Assembly: GCA_029257335.1 (NCBI GenBank)
Contig: JARIBV010000026.1
Location: forward strand, 78-64,077
Origin: Faecousia sp.
GTDB taxonomy: Bacteria > Bacillota > Clostridia > Oscillospirales > Oscillospiraceae
Length of the DNA stretch: 64,000 nucleotides
Direction of reading: 5' to 3'
Shown: positions 39,239 to 49,468 of the stretch, piece by piece
How the letters are laid out: each line of letters starts with the position of its first letter
How positions within the stretch are numbered: the stretch's first letter is position 1
Notes under the pieces: model-generated
Database searches by the model: none
The model's input: only the letters and a program-made list of their open reading frames with translations
What the model was told of the DNA's origin: nothing
Position numbers and translations under genes: made by a program

Positions 39239-39471
39239 ACTGCGCCACTTCTTTCCGTTTTGCGGAAATACCGCTTGATATGCTGTAATTATAGGCCATT
39301 TGGTACGGAAAATCAATGGGTAAGGCATGTCCCTTTCCCTTGCGCAAGCACAGTTTTCTGTGCTAAGATAAAGGGCATCGAAAAGCGCTTCCTGGACGGA
39401 GGTCATATCCTCTGCATAGAAGCAATTTGCCACCTATATTTTAAATTTCAGCCACGAAGAGGTAAACTTCC

Positions 39472-40806
39472 ATGAAATTAACATCCTACACAACCATTTA
39501 TCAGAACAATCAGAAATTGACCACCGAAACACAAGTTCCTTTTGAGGATGATCTGGGCCGAGAAACCGAGCTCATCAATCTGTATCCGCAGGCTACCTAT
39601 CAGACCATTGACGGCTTTGGGGGCGCCATTACAGAATCTGCCGCCTATATGTACTCGCTTATGGCCCCGGACCAGAAAAAAGCCATGCTGGAAGAGTACT
39701 TTGGGAGCGAACATATGAAGTACCGCTTTGTACGCATCCCCATTGACAGCTGTGATTTTTCCCTGTCTCACTATGAGGCAGACGGCATCGAAGAAGACGA
39801 AAACTTCCAAGCCTTTTCCTTCCGGCGGGTGCAGCAGTATATTCTTCCCATGCTGGATGATGCCGAAAAGGCCTACGGCAGAAAGCTTCCCATTATGCTC
39901 TCTCCATGGAGTCCTCCGGCCTATATGAAAACCAATCATGAGCGCAACCGCGGAGGAAAGCTGAAGCGCTGCTATTGGCAGCGCTGGGCAGACTATCTTT
40001 GCAGATATATTTTGGAATATCAGTCTCGGAACTATCAGGTCACCATGCTGACCCTGCAGAATGAACCAAAAGCGGTCCAGCCCTGGGATTCCTGTGTATA
40101 CACCCCAGAGGAGGAAAAAGAGTTCCTCCGTGACTACATGTGGCCTGCCCTCACAAAGTTTGGTTTGACCCACATTGAAATTTATATCTGGGACCACAAT
40201 AAAGAGCGTCTCCTGGAATGGGCCGAAACCATCATTGACAAAGAGACCCAGCATATGGTAGCAGGTCTGGCCTTCCACTGGTACAGCGGGGACCATTTTG
40301 AGGCTTTGCAGATTTTCAAGGAGCGTTTTCCCGGGAAGAAGCTGATACTGTCCGAGGCCTGCATTGAATTCAGCCGCTTTGGCCCTGAAAACAATATTTT
40401 GAATGCCCAGCAGTACGCCCATGATATGATCGGCAATCTGAATGCCGGAATGAATCTCTTTCTGGACTGGAATTTGCTGCTGAACGAGGAGGGCGGCCCC
40501 AACCATGTGAACAACTTCTGTGACGCACCATTTCTTTTCCATCGGGACACCCGCCGGCTGGAAGCGGGAAAACTACAGGCCTATATCAACCATTTCAGTC
40601 ACTTTATCCCTGCCGGCTCCATCCGCATGGGCCTTTCCCGATACACCGATCAGCTGGAAGCCGTGGCATTTCGGACCCAGGAGGGCATCAGCCTCATCGT
40701 TTTGAACCGTACCGCTCAGGCGCTTCCTGCCTACATCAGGCTTTCTTCCCGCTGCGCCCGGATCTGTTTTCCAGGAAACAGCATTACCAGCTGCCTGATT
40801 CAATAA
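39472..40806 (+). CDS. glycoside hydrolase family 30 (glucosylceramidase-like)
   Basis: GFGGAITE, SPWSPPAYMK, QNEP, AFHWY, SEAC, DWNL, GGPNH. Confidence 0.93.
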   Translation: MKLTSYTTIYQNNQKLTTETQVPFEDDLGRETELINLYPQATYQTIDGFGGAITESAAYMYSLMAPDQKKAMLEEYFGSEHMKYRFVRIPIDSCDFSLSHYEADGIEEDENFQAFSFRRVQQYILPMLDDAEKAYGRKLPIMLSPWSPPAYMKTNHERNRGGKLKRCYWQRWADYLCRYILEYQSRNYQVTMLTLQNEPKAVQPWDSCVYTPEEEKEFLRDYMWPALTKFGLTHIEIYIWDHNKERLLEWAETIIDKETQHMVAGLAFHWYSGDHFEALQIFKERFPGKKLILSEACIEFSRFGPENNILNAQQYAHDMIGNLNAGMNLFLDWNLLLNEEGGPNHVNNFCDAPFLFHRDTRRLEAGKLQAYINHFSHFIPAGSIRMGLSRYTDQLEAVAFRTQEGISLIVLNRTAQALPAYIRLSSRCARICFPGNSITSCLIQ

Positions 40807-40962
40807 TGTTCAGGTTTCCTGTCCGGTATTGACAACAAATCCCCCTTTTATACAGAACTTCTTCAGAAAAATCACCCCATTTGTTTACAGGCCTCGGAAA
40901 GCCTGTGCACAAATGGGGTGCGTTTCATATATGCGTCTGTTCTATGCTCTTTTTTGCATCTT

Positions 40963-41424
40963 TCACTTTGTAATGTGCTCTATTTTTGCGTTTACCATCT
41001 GAATCAGGTCACCTGGGGCCAACTGCATCAGCATTCCCACATGTCCGGCAGACACCACAATGGTTTCCCACTGCCGGGCGCTGCAATCCACCACCGTGGG
41101 AAACAGCTTTTTCATGCCCACCGGAGAGCAACCACCGTGGACATAGCCGGTCAGAGTCAGAAGATCCTTCTGTTTGAGCATTTCGATTCGCTTCACCCCT
41201 GCGGCTTTTGCAGCTTTTTTAAGATCCAGTTCCTCACTGGTGGGGACACAGAATACAAAGTATCCACCCGCCAGGTCCGTGGTCACCAGCGTTTTGAAAA
41301 TCATGTCTGGTGGCAGCCCCAAATGGTCTGCTGCTTTGTGTCCATCCAATGGAAATTCTCTTACTTCATAATGGATGTTCTGCCGATCCAGCATTCGCAT
41401 GGCATTGGTTTTTGCCTGCTTCAT
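40963..41424 (-). CDS. ybaK: Cys-tRNA(Pro) deacylase
   Basis: KTNAMRML, FKTLV, TGYVHGGCSPVGMKK, VSAG. Confidence 0.92.
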   Translation of the reverse strand: MKQAKTNAMRMLDRQNIHYEVREFPLDGHKAADHLGLPPDMIFKTLVTTDLAGGYFVFCVPTSEELDLKKAAKAAGVKRIEMLKQKDLLTLTGYVHGGCSPVGMKKLFPTVVDCSARQWETIVVSAGHVGMLMQLAPGDLIQMVNAKIEHITK

Positions 41425-41427
41425 CTC

Positions 41428-43692
41428 TCAGCCCTCCCGTGGTTCTCCCAGCGCTTTTTTCAAATAAGAGGCCGTCACAGACTTGCTGCTTTGCAGCAGC
41501 TGTTCGGGAGTTCCTTCAAAAACAATCCGTCCGCCTTCTTCACCGCCGCCGGGGCCAACCTCCACCACATAATCTGCCGCCTTCAGTACTTCCAGATTAT
41601 GCTCAATCAGGAAAATCGTATTCCCTTCGGAAACCATGCGATCCAGCAATGCAATGATGTGCTGGATATCCTGCAAATGCAGGCCATCCGTTGGCTCGTC
41701 CAAAACCAGAATCTGCCCTCTCCTTTTCAGGTAGGATGCCAGCTTCATCCTTTGCAGTTCCCCGCCGGACAGGGTGGAAAGGGACTGATTGAGATGCAGG
41801 TAAAAGAGGCCCACATCTGCAAGGGGCCGAAGTTTTTCTTCAATCACAGTTCCTGCAAATCGCTCCATGGCCTGCTGAATGGTCAGATCCATCACCTGGG
41901 CAATATTGAGCCCATCCAGGGTATATTGCAGTGCCTCCCGGGAATAGCGCAGACCGCCGCAGGCTTCACACACGGTTTCAATGGAGTCCATAAACGCCAT
42001 TTCCGACACAATGACCCCCTTGCCCTGGCAGACCGGGCAGCCGCCGGTTCCGTTAAAGGAGAACATCCCTGCCTTCTGTCCACTCTCCTTTGCAAACAGC
42101 TTTCGGATCTCATCGGCCACCCCCAGATAGGTTGCCGGCGTGGAACGAAGGCTGCTGCCAATGCTCTTCTGGCTGATGAGGGTGATCTCTTCCCGGGATT
42201 GGTCGGCAAAGGCCTGCATCAAAGAGCTTTTTCCGGAGCCTGCCACACCCGCAATCACCGTCAGCACTCCCCGGGGAAGCTTTACCGAGACATGTTTTAG
42301 ATTATGCAAATGAAGATCCCGCAGTTCAAACCATCCCCCGGGCTTTCGCACCTGGGCTTTCAGGCCTGTATTCTGCCGCAGCAGTCTGCCTGTTTGGGTC
42401 TCACTGTTGAGCAGCTCCGGATAGGTCCCTTCAAACAGGACTTCACCGCCATCGGCTCCCGCTCCCGGCCCCATGTCGATGATATGGTCTGCAATCTCCA
42501 TGATTTCCTTGTGGTGTTCCACCATGAGAACCGTATTTCCCCGGTTGCGCAGCTCCATAATGGCTTCACTGAGCCGGTGGATATCGTGGCTATGAAGCCC
42601 TACACTGGGCTCATCCAGAATATAGAGCATATCAGACAGAGAAGAATTGTTGTACTTTGCAATTTTACATCGCTGGGCTTCTCCGCCGGACAGCGTTCCC
42701 ATGGCCCGATCCAGCGTCAGATAATCCAGTCCAATGTCTATCAGGGCCTGGATCCTGCTGTGGAGCGCCTCTTTCATATCCACTGCCAGCGGATCCCGAA
42801 TGGCATCCAGCCATGTGATGATTTCTTTTAGGGGCATTTTGGTAACATCTGCAATATTCTTTCCACCAATCCTGCAAGACAGGATCTTAGAATTCAATCT
42901 GGCACCGTGACATTCCGGGCATACGCCCTGCGTGACGATGGGCTCCAGCTTCTTCCAATGCACCTTTGCATCGTCCCGCTTTAACATGCGGTTCATGCGA
43001 TACATAAGCCCCTCATATTTCCCGTTCTTATAGTAATCAGGAGGAGGATTTTTCAGGGTCATCGGCTCTTGATGGAGGAACAGATGCAGCTCTTCCGAGG
43101 TAAAGTCCCGTATTTTCTTATTGGGGTCATACAGGCCGCAGGCTCCATAGTAAAGCCAGCGCCATTGGCCCGGCTCATAGGCCACATACCGGATGACGCC
43201 GGGGTCATTCAGACATTTATCAAAGTCTACCAGCTTGTGGACATCAATCTCCGTGACTTCCCCCAGACCGTCACAGCGGGGACAGCGTCCCTGGGGATGG
43301 TTGAACGAAAAAGAATCCGAGTAGCCCACGAACGGTTCTCCCACACGGGAAAACAGCAGTCTCAGCAAAGAATAGGTGTCTGTATAAGTCCCCACGGTGG
43401 AGCGGACCTGCCCCGAGGGCTTTTTCTGGTCCACCACAATGGCCGGAGGCAGGCTCTCGATCCTGCCCACTTTGGGCCGCCCGTATTTGGGCAGATACCG
43501 CTGGGCAAAGCTGGGAAATGTCTCATTGAGCTCCCGACGGGACTGGGCTGCAATGGTATCCAGCACCAGAGAGCTCTTTCCGGAGCCGGAAACACCGGTG
43601 ACCACCGTGATTTTGTTTTTGGGGATGTCCACAGACACATGCTTCAAATTGTTTTGTGTCGCATCCACGACACGGATCATTTCCTTCCACAT
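41428..43692 (-). CDS. UvrA-family ABC ATPase, class II (UvrA2/DrrC-like)
   Basis: Two ABC cassettes (GVSGSGKSS, GVAGSGKSS), FSFN..G.C..C zinc fingers; 754 aa, shorter than canonical UvrA. Confidence 0.88.
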   Translation of the reverse strand: MWKEMIRVVDATQNNLKHVSVDIPKNKITVVTGVSGSGKSSLVLDTIAAQSRRELNETFPSFAQRYLPKYGRPKVGRIESLPPAIVVDQKKPSGQVRSTVGTYTDTYSLLRLLFSRVGEPFVGYSDSFSFNHPQGRCPRCDGLGEVTEIDVHKLVDFDKCLNDPGVIRYVAYEPGQWRWLYYGACGLYDPNKKIRDFTSEELHLFLHQEPMTLKNPPPDYYKNGKYEGLMYRMNRMLKRDDAKVHWKKLEPIVTQGVCPECHGARLNSKILSCRIGGKNIADVTKMPLKEIITWLDAIRDPLAVDMKEALHSRIQALIDIGLDYLTLDRAMGTLSGGEAQRCKIAKYNNSSLSDMLYILDEPSVGLHSHDIHRLSEAIMELRNRGNTVLMVEHHKEIMEIADHIIDMGPGAGADGGEVLFEGTYPELLNSETQTGRLLRQNTGLKAQVRKPGGWFELRDLHLHNLKHVSVKLPRGVLTVIAGVAGSGKSSLMQAFADQSREEITLISQKSIGSSLRSTPATYLGVADEIRKLFAKESGQKAGMFSFNGTGGCPVCQGKGVIVSEMAFMDSIETVCEACGGLRYSREALQYTLDGLNIAQVMDLTIQQAMERFAGTVIEEKLRPLADVGLFYLHLNQSLSTLSGGELQRMKLASYLKRRGQILVLDEPTDGLHLQDIQHIIALLDRMVSEGNTIFLIEHNLEVLKAADYVVEVGPGGGEEGGRIVFEGTPEQLLQSSKSVTASYLKKALGEPREG

Positions 43693-43776
43693 AGGGGATT
43701 CTCCTGATATTCGTTAAAATATGCCGCAGGCAGGCAGCTATGATTCGATTCCGGTCAGAATTCTATTCGAATTCCT

Positions 43777-44289
43777 TTAGAGGCGCTCCACAATTTCTTC
43801 GGTGGATTTCCGCTTGAAATGGCGCTCCGAGGGGCCGGCTTCCCGGGCAGCATAGCCGATGGGAAACAGAGCAATCAGATGATACCCCTGCATTTGCGGA
43901 TACATCTCTTGTAAGCGCGGTGCATCAAAACACCCAACCCAAGTGGTGCTGAGACCCAAGTCCTCAATTTCCAGCATCATATGGGTTGCAACGATTCCGG
44001 CATCGATATCCGCAAAGTTCCGCTGGTCAAAGGTGCGCACCCAGCCCTTCTCCTCTTCGTAGCCCACAAGCAGAAAGGTGTCCGCTCCAAAGGTATAGCG
44101 ACACACCTGGCGCAGATTTTCTTTTGCCTGTTCCGACTCCAGCCAGAAAATTTTGAAGGGCTGCGTATTTACTGCCGTGGGGGCGGTGATCCCCGCCTGG
44201 ATGATCTGCTCTACCAGTTCCTTTTCTACCTTTTTATCCGAAAAACTTCTGCAGGAATATCTCTTTTCTGCCAGTTCTTGAAATTTCAT
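43777..44289 (-). CDS. nitroreductase family protein
   Basis: RYSCRSF, APTAVNTQP, LGLSTTWVG, PIGY. Confidence 0.9.
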   Translation of the reverse strand: MKFQELAEKRYSCRSFSDKKVEKELVEQIIQAGITAPTAVNTQPFKIFWLESEQAKENLRQVCRYTFGADTFLLVGYEEEKGWVRTFDQRNFADIDAGIVATHMMLEIEDLGLSTTWVGCFDAPRLQEMYPQMQGYHLIALFPIGYAAREAGPSERHFKRKSTEEIVERL

Positions 44290-44430
44290 ACAATCTCCGT
44301 CCCTTCTTTTTTTAATTTCTTGTCTTTGCAATACATCTTATCAGAAAATTCTCTCTTTGAAAAGAAGGCACTTTATGGTTCCTGTCCGTCAAGTGAAGGA
44401 ATGAATGCGCCCAATGTCTTTTCATAACAT

Positions 44431-44796
44431 TTATTTTTCCGGATGGCTCCGGCGGTAAAACTGCACATAGCGTTTACCCCACTGATCCATGGCACTCATA
44501 ATGGGAATCAATTCCTTTCCCATGTCCGTGAGCTGGTATTCCACCGTAAGGGGTACTGTAGGGTATTCGGTTCTTGTGATAATTCCGTACTTTTCCAATT
44601 CCTTCAGCTGTTGAGTCAGCATCTTCTGGGTGATCCCCGGAATCAGGCGTCTTAACTCGTTGTATCGAATGACTTCGTGCAAATGGAGGTTCCAGATAAT
44701 CAGCGCCTTCCATTTTCCGCTTAAAATTTCCAGTGTCAGCTCGATTTCACATTGATAGTTGGAACAGCTGACTTTGTTTTCTCGTGAATCAGGCAT
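44431..44796 (-). CDS. HxlR family transcriptional regulator
   Basis: LSGKWKALI, ITQKMLTQQLKELE, VEYQLT. Confidence 0.92.
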   Translation of the reverse strand: MPDSRENKVSCSNYQCEIELTLEILSGKWKALIIWNLHLHEVIRYNELRRLIPGITQKMLTQQLKELEKYGIITRTEYPTVPLTVEYQLTDMGKELIPIMSAMDQWGKRYVQFYRRSHPEK

Positions 44797-44817
44797 TCTA
44801 TTCTCCCTTCTCATAAG

Positions 44818-46338
44818 CTACATGCTCTGCCAAAGGAGCACCTCAGCAGGTTCATATTCGGTATCCTGAAAAACAGGGTACCACCGGATCCGCTCCGCCG
44901 GTTCAAACCGCAGGGCCGAGCATGCGCAGAACTGATGCGCTTGCTGTGGGTCGTCGATTATAAATGACACTGGGCCATCGGCTCCGCCAATGATTCCGAT
45001 GGAGGCCGCCTCGCAGCCGGAGGCATTTGGATCAGCCTGTGTCTGCTTGACTCTGGGACAATCGCATTCCCTCAGGTCGTCAATGGTCAGGTAGTCCGGC
45101 TCAGGCTCAGGAGAAAGCGTATAGCTCATATATGTATAATGAGTGGGATATTCCATTTCCTTTTCCGGGGCAAGTTGCGGAATCTCCAGGGTTCGTTCCT
45201 CCAGTTTCTGTACCGACAGCCTAATTTCTCCCCGGCCGCCCGGTCTCTTCAGGGAAATCTGTTCCCCGGGACCCCTGATTTCAAACGCCTCCCCCGGAAC
45301 CCTCACAGGCTCCTGGCGCATTGTCAGCTTTATGGTTTTGATTTCCGGCCGCTGTCTGGTTGCCCACTGAAAGCAAATCCGTGTAAAGGTCCAGGCATAT
45401 GACTGGTCTAACCGATAGTGTTCCATGATTTGTCTGACTTCCCAATCATTGGAATCATTGGGGATATAGGAATCCCCACTGCCGTTTCTCTCCTGCAATT
45501 CCCTCCCGTTGACAGACACTTCCGGCCAAAATTTCAAACACAGCGGATTTTCTATCTCCATTTGCAGCCGTTCTCTCCGGGATAGCTGCTGTCCATCCCT
45601 TCCGGAATATTTTTCGTTCCACATCTCATAAAACTTTTGGTAGTTCTCTGCCTCCACACGCATACAGAAATCTATCACCAGTCCCTGAGTGCAGACATAC
45701 ACCGCAGGCACCAGCCAGGTGCGGTCTGCGAATCGAAACTCTTTCCTCACCGGAATTTCCCGGCCTGCTTTTGCTCTGCCAAAATGTCCGTAAATACTTC
45801 CATCAAAATAAACGGCCCATTGGGGAAACGGTGCATTGGGGTTCCTGTCCGGATCGAGGAACTCTTCCGGATATTTGATTTTGCTGTAATCAAACCCGTC
45901 TTGCAGCTGTTTCATATACTCCCAGGGCTTTTCCATAGGCAGCAGATGCATGGTCTTTTCGATTTGGTCTACGGTATCATAGACCGGCTGGGCCAAAGCG
46001 CTGCTGCCCACCGCTTGATCGAAGTCCTGCTTAGACCATTGCCATGCCTGTTGCAGAAGATTGGCGTCCTTGCCGGCAAGGAGCAGCCGCAGAAAATCCG
46101 CAAAGCTGCCGGCAAGAGGCCGTACATAGTTTGGAGCTGCTTCCATAGGGTTGACCGCAAATACCATCTCTCCAAACCCCCGGACAAAGCAATAATGAAT
46201 ACCGTCCACACCGGACCAGCCGATGACATCTGCACCTCTTGGCGTACAGAAATAGGGAGTGTTCTCCTCCCGGCGCTCGATTCCCAAGGGTGTCAAATCA
46301 ATGTGTTTCTCTAAAAACCTGTGATAGTATGTTCCCAT
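44818..46338 (-). CDS. hypothetical protein (possible SMI1/KNR4-like N-terminus; SIGIIGGADGP motif)
   Basis: 506-aa ORF with RBS GGAGTG; GVDGIHYCF motif. Confidence 0.7.
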   Translation of the reverse strand: MGTYYHRFLEKHIDLTPLGIERREENTPYFCTPRGADVIGWSGVDGIHYCFVRGFGEMVFAVNPMEAAPNYVRPLAGSFADFLRLLLAGKDANLLQQAWQWSKQDFDQAVGSSALAQPVYDTVDQIEKTMHLLPMEKPWEYMKQLQDGFDYSKIKYPEEFLDPDRNPNAPFPQWAVYFDGSIYGHFGRAKAGREIPVRKEFRFADRTWLVPAVYVCTQGLVIDFCMRVEAENYQKFYEMWNEKYSGRDGQQLSRRERLQMEIENPLCLKFWPEVSVNGRELQERNGSGDSYIPNDSNDWEVRQIMEHYRLDQSYAWTFTRICFQWATRQRPEIKTIKLTMRQEPVRVPGEAFEIRGPGEQISLKRPGGRGEIRLSVQKLEERTLEIPQLAPEKEMEYPTHYTYMSYTLSPEPEPDYLTIDDLRECDCPRVKQTQADPNASGCEAASIGIIGGADGPVSFIIDDPQQAHQFCACSALRFEPAERIRWYPVFQDTEYEPAEVLLWQSM

Positions 46339-46565
46339 TTGAATCACTCCCACTATTTGATTTATAGGGTATTGTACCACTGATCCGGAGAGAAATCCAG
46401 GTTCACAACCTAACAAAAATGCGGTTCGACCATTGGTCAAACCGCACCTTGTCTATTCTATAGATGAGAAAAGCATTACTCAATCATTTTCAACGGGACT
46501 TCTGCTTGTTGGGTATTCTCTCATATCCCTTGTCCCTGTTTTGTGTCATGTCGCAAGGTACAGAA

Positions 46566-47219
46566 TCATCCATTGCCCTTTTTCCCCATGACACAAATCC
46601 ACTGATTGGCAGGCTCTTTCCGGATCTCTACCTCCGAAAAGCCGACTTCCAGTAAATAACACTGCAATTCATATTCGCTGTAGAGATTCATGCCGCTAAT
46701 TAACTCCATCCACTTTTTGTCGATTTCCTTTGTACCGTCTGTGTCGTTCACAATGGCAAAGGTACCGCCTGGCTTGAGGATTCTGTATACCTCTTGAAAG
46801 CTTACCTGAGGCCCCGGCCAAAAATAAACCGTTTCAAACGCAGTTGCCAGATCATAGCTTCCGTCAGGAATCTGCAGTTGAGACACATCTCCCTGAACCA
46901 CCGTGCATCGCCCTTGTGCAACAGCTGCTTGATTCACTTCCTCTGTCTTTTCCGTTGACACAGACGAATAGTCCAAGCCGGTTACCTCTGCGGACGCATA
47001 AATTTCCAGCAGTCTTCCCACATTGCGTCCGCCTCCGCAGCCAATGTCAATGATTCGCTTCGGAGATATACCACGCAGCTGTTCCAGGCCCCAGTCAGAC
47101 ACGGCGGCATGAGCGGAATTCATCTCTTCCACCATCTGCTTTCCCAAAATCCCCACCGGTTTTCTGGTGTTGTTGTAATATTCTTTCAGATTTTCTTCGC
47201 TTACTTCTACTTTTTCCAT
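46566..47219 (-). CDS. class I SAM-dependent methyltransferase
   Basis: IDIGCGGG, AFETVYFWP, RILKPGG. Confidence 0.9.
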   Translation of the reverse strand: MEKVEVSEENLKEYYNNTRKPVGILGKQMVEEMNSAHAAVSDWGLEQLRGISPKRIIDIGCGGGRNVGRLLEIYASAEVTGLDYSSVSTEKTEEVNQAAVAQGRCTVVQGDVSQLQIPDGSYDLATAFETVYFWPGPQVSFQEVYRILKPGGTFAIVNDTDGTKEIDKKWMELISGMNLYSEYELQCYLLEVGFSEVEIRKEPANQWICVMGKKGNG

Positions 47220-47720
47220 TTTTACAGCCCCTTCTCCTTCATAATGCACGGTAACACAATATGATACAAGATCTGCACATCCCCTTCTCCATAAGGAGAC
47301 ACCCCATCAAAGTATTTCGCCTTGATGGGGTACGGATGAAAGGAGTATTGGCATTTATCCTGCACTGCCCGTTATGATAGCAGATTCCGCAGCTATATTG
47401 AAGCCCCATAGGGGGATATCTCTTGGGCCAAGATAGAATATTCCTAAGAGCACGGCACTTTTCTTGTCTTGATGGGACAAACAGACCCCTGCGCAGAGAA
47501 CCCTTAGATAGGACCTGCGCCATCTGTTCTGATAAATGCGATTCCGGGGCAGGCGTGCCGATACAGACATTGCTGCCGCAATTTCCCCGTCAATCCAGAC
47601 GGACATCCTGCTGTCCTTCCGGTTTGTTGCTTTGTCTGCGGACGATCTATATGTTTGGTTACTGTAGCTGTCAGGAAACAGATGCGGCCCTACCCTTCGG
47701 TGGTTTTTCCTGATGTTGTG

Positions 47721-48164
47721 TCAGATGTTCCAGTGCTTGAGCTGGGAAAGAAGCAAATCAAACTGCGTACGACGCTGACTTTCCTGTAAGTTCTCCGGAT
47801 TCGGCATATTCTCAATCAGAAAATCAAGCAGTTCTTCTTTTGACGGATAGACAAACTTCCCCTCCGTATAGCACCACTTACAATAATCCTCGTTGAACTC
47901 ACCGTCCGGCTCTTTGCTGGTGATCGAATCCTCAAGTGGCATTCCGCAGCATTGGCAAACCAACTTTCTCGGGGAGCCCAATAGTGTATTGATTGACACA
48001 TCCAGAACCTTCGACAGCAGCTTCAAGGTCTCTGTATTGGGGACTGTTTCTCCGTTTTCCCAACGAGAAACGGCTTGTCTGGTAACAAACACCTTTTCCG
48101 CAAGCTCATCCTGAGATAATCCGTGTTTTGTCCTTAGTTCATAAATAACTGTTTTTGTTTCCAC
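47721..48164 (-). CDS. XRE-family HTH regulator with zinc-ribbon domain
   Basis: LSQDELAEKVFVTRQAVSRWENG, CQCCGMP, YCKWCY; GTG start after AAGGAGG. Confidence 0.9.
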   Translation of the reverse strand: METKTVIYELRTKHGLSQDELAEKVFVTRQAVSRWENGETVPNTETLKLLSKVLDVSINTLLGSPRKLVCQCCGMPLEDSITSKEPDGEFNEDYCKWCYTEGKFVYPSKEELLDFLIENMPNPENLQESQRRTQFDLLLSQLKHWNI

Positions 48165-48405
48165 AATCAGCACCTCCTTGGAGACAGTATACCATTATAA
48201 TCAGCACAAAGAAAGCAACCGGCTGTTGCGGATTTGCGCAATCCATTTAATCCGTTCGGCAACGCAGGCATTCCAAACAACGCTTTACTTTTACTCATCA
48301 ACAGCCGCTGATTTCTACAAATAACTCTATCAAACGCAACGGAAATGCCGCACTTAAAAAAGTTATAAATCATGCCTCTACTTCCTTCAGAAACAAGGAA
48401 CCATT

Positions 48406-48954
48406 TCAATTTGGCTTATATTTCTTGCGAAGTTTTGCAAGCTTTCTTCCACAATGGATCATCAGGCACAGGTACAGAACGATCAGCACCGAAAAGCAAA
48501 CAATTAAAAAAGCATCCACCTTTCCAAGTGAACCAGAAAACGCTCTGACCCAGTTGAGGAGCAGCAGGCAGAAAAAGATTGCAAGCAGAGGCATCATGCG
48601 GGTTTTCAGCACATGCTGGATCATATCCGCTTTGGATTGCCCATCCGAAAAGATCTCTCCGTCATTTTCCTGCCGAATCTGGGATGCAGGTTTTCGGAAA
48701 TACAGCCAGCCGGCACAGCTGCCCGTATATTCCCAGCCGTAATCTTGAAACATCTGCTTGTAGTCACTGCTTGCACTGCGATTCTGATAGTCCAGACGAT
48801 ACACCACATCCTCTGGGCTACATTCTTCAAAGACATAGAAACAGGGAGGAACAATTTTTATAAACCGCAGCCCCTGCTGGTGCTGCCTACGCAGCCAGAT
48901 TTCCTCTTCTTCGTAATCTGCAATCGAAAACACATGAACCTTGACCTTACTCAT
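48406..48954 (-). CDS. DUF2812 domain membrane protein
   Basis: EEEIWL, YRLDY, FQDYGWEY, YFRK and C-terminal TMs; coupled to PadR. Confidence 0.85.
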   Translation of the reverse strand: MSKVKVHVFSIADYEEEEIWLRRQHQQGLRFIKIVPPCFYVFEECSPEDVVYRLDYQNRSASSDYKQMFQDYGWEYTGSCAGWLYFRKPASQIRQENDGEIFSDGQSKADMIQHVLKTRMMPLLAIFFCLLLLNWVRAFSGSLGKVDAFLIVCFSVLIVLYLCLMIHCGRKLAKLRKKYKPN

Positions 48955-49270
48955 GGACGCACTCTCCTTTGCTGTTGCGGTATAAACGCTCAATGCGGCT
49001 GATTTCAGCCTTGAGCACTTCCTGTCCCAAAGCTGTAATTTGATACAGCTTTCGCTTGTCCTCTTCTGCGCAAAAGCGGATCAGTCCGTCTTTTTCCATT
49101 TTTGAAAGTGTTCCGTACATGGTGCCCGGGCTGATGAGAACCGTATTTCCGGTCATTTCCTTCACCTGCTGACCGATTGCATAGCCGTGCTGTGGTGTTT
49201 GCAAACAAAACAAAATATAAAATCCCGTTTCCGTCATGGGAACATAAATGCGGCGAATTCGTTCCTCCAT
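48947..49270 (-). CDS. PadR family transcriptional regulator
   Basis: PMTETGFYIL, HGY, PGTMYGTLSKME, RKLYQIT. Confidence 0.92.
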   Translation of the reverse strand: MEERIRRIYVPMTETGFYILFCLQTPQHGYAIGQQVKEMTGNTVLISPGTMYGTLSKMEKDGLIRFCAEEDKRKLYQITALGQEVLKAEISRIERLYRNSKGECVHE

Positions 49271-49287
49271 AGCTCCTCCTTTTTTAT

Positions 49288-49353
49288 ACTATCAGAGTTC
49301 GATATATCGAAGTTCGTTATATTTAGTATATCGAACCTCGATGTATTTGTCAA
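49288..49353 (-). promoter_or_regulatory. padR promoter with three tandem palindromic operators
   Basis: TTGACA-17 nt-TATACT on minus; ATCGA-N3-TCGAT-like palindromes in the spacer and downstream. Confidence 0.7.
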
Positions 49354-49468
49354 GCGTCTTTTATTCGTGTTCTCTTCGGGCATCTGCCACTGTATGTGGA
49401 TCAAAAAGTGCGTGGCCTCCTCTGGAGGCCACGCCCTATGAATTGCCGGAGATGATATCCGTAACGCT

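Noticed and set aside
47250-47720. 470-bp gap with a hairpin at about 47301-47331 and short ORFs
   Set aside because: No recognisable protein remnant or RNA motif, so no call could be supported.
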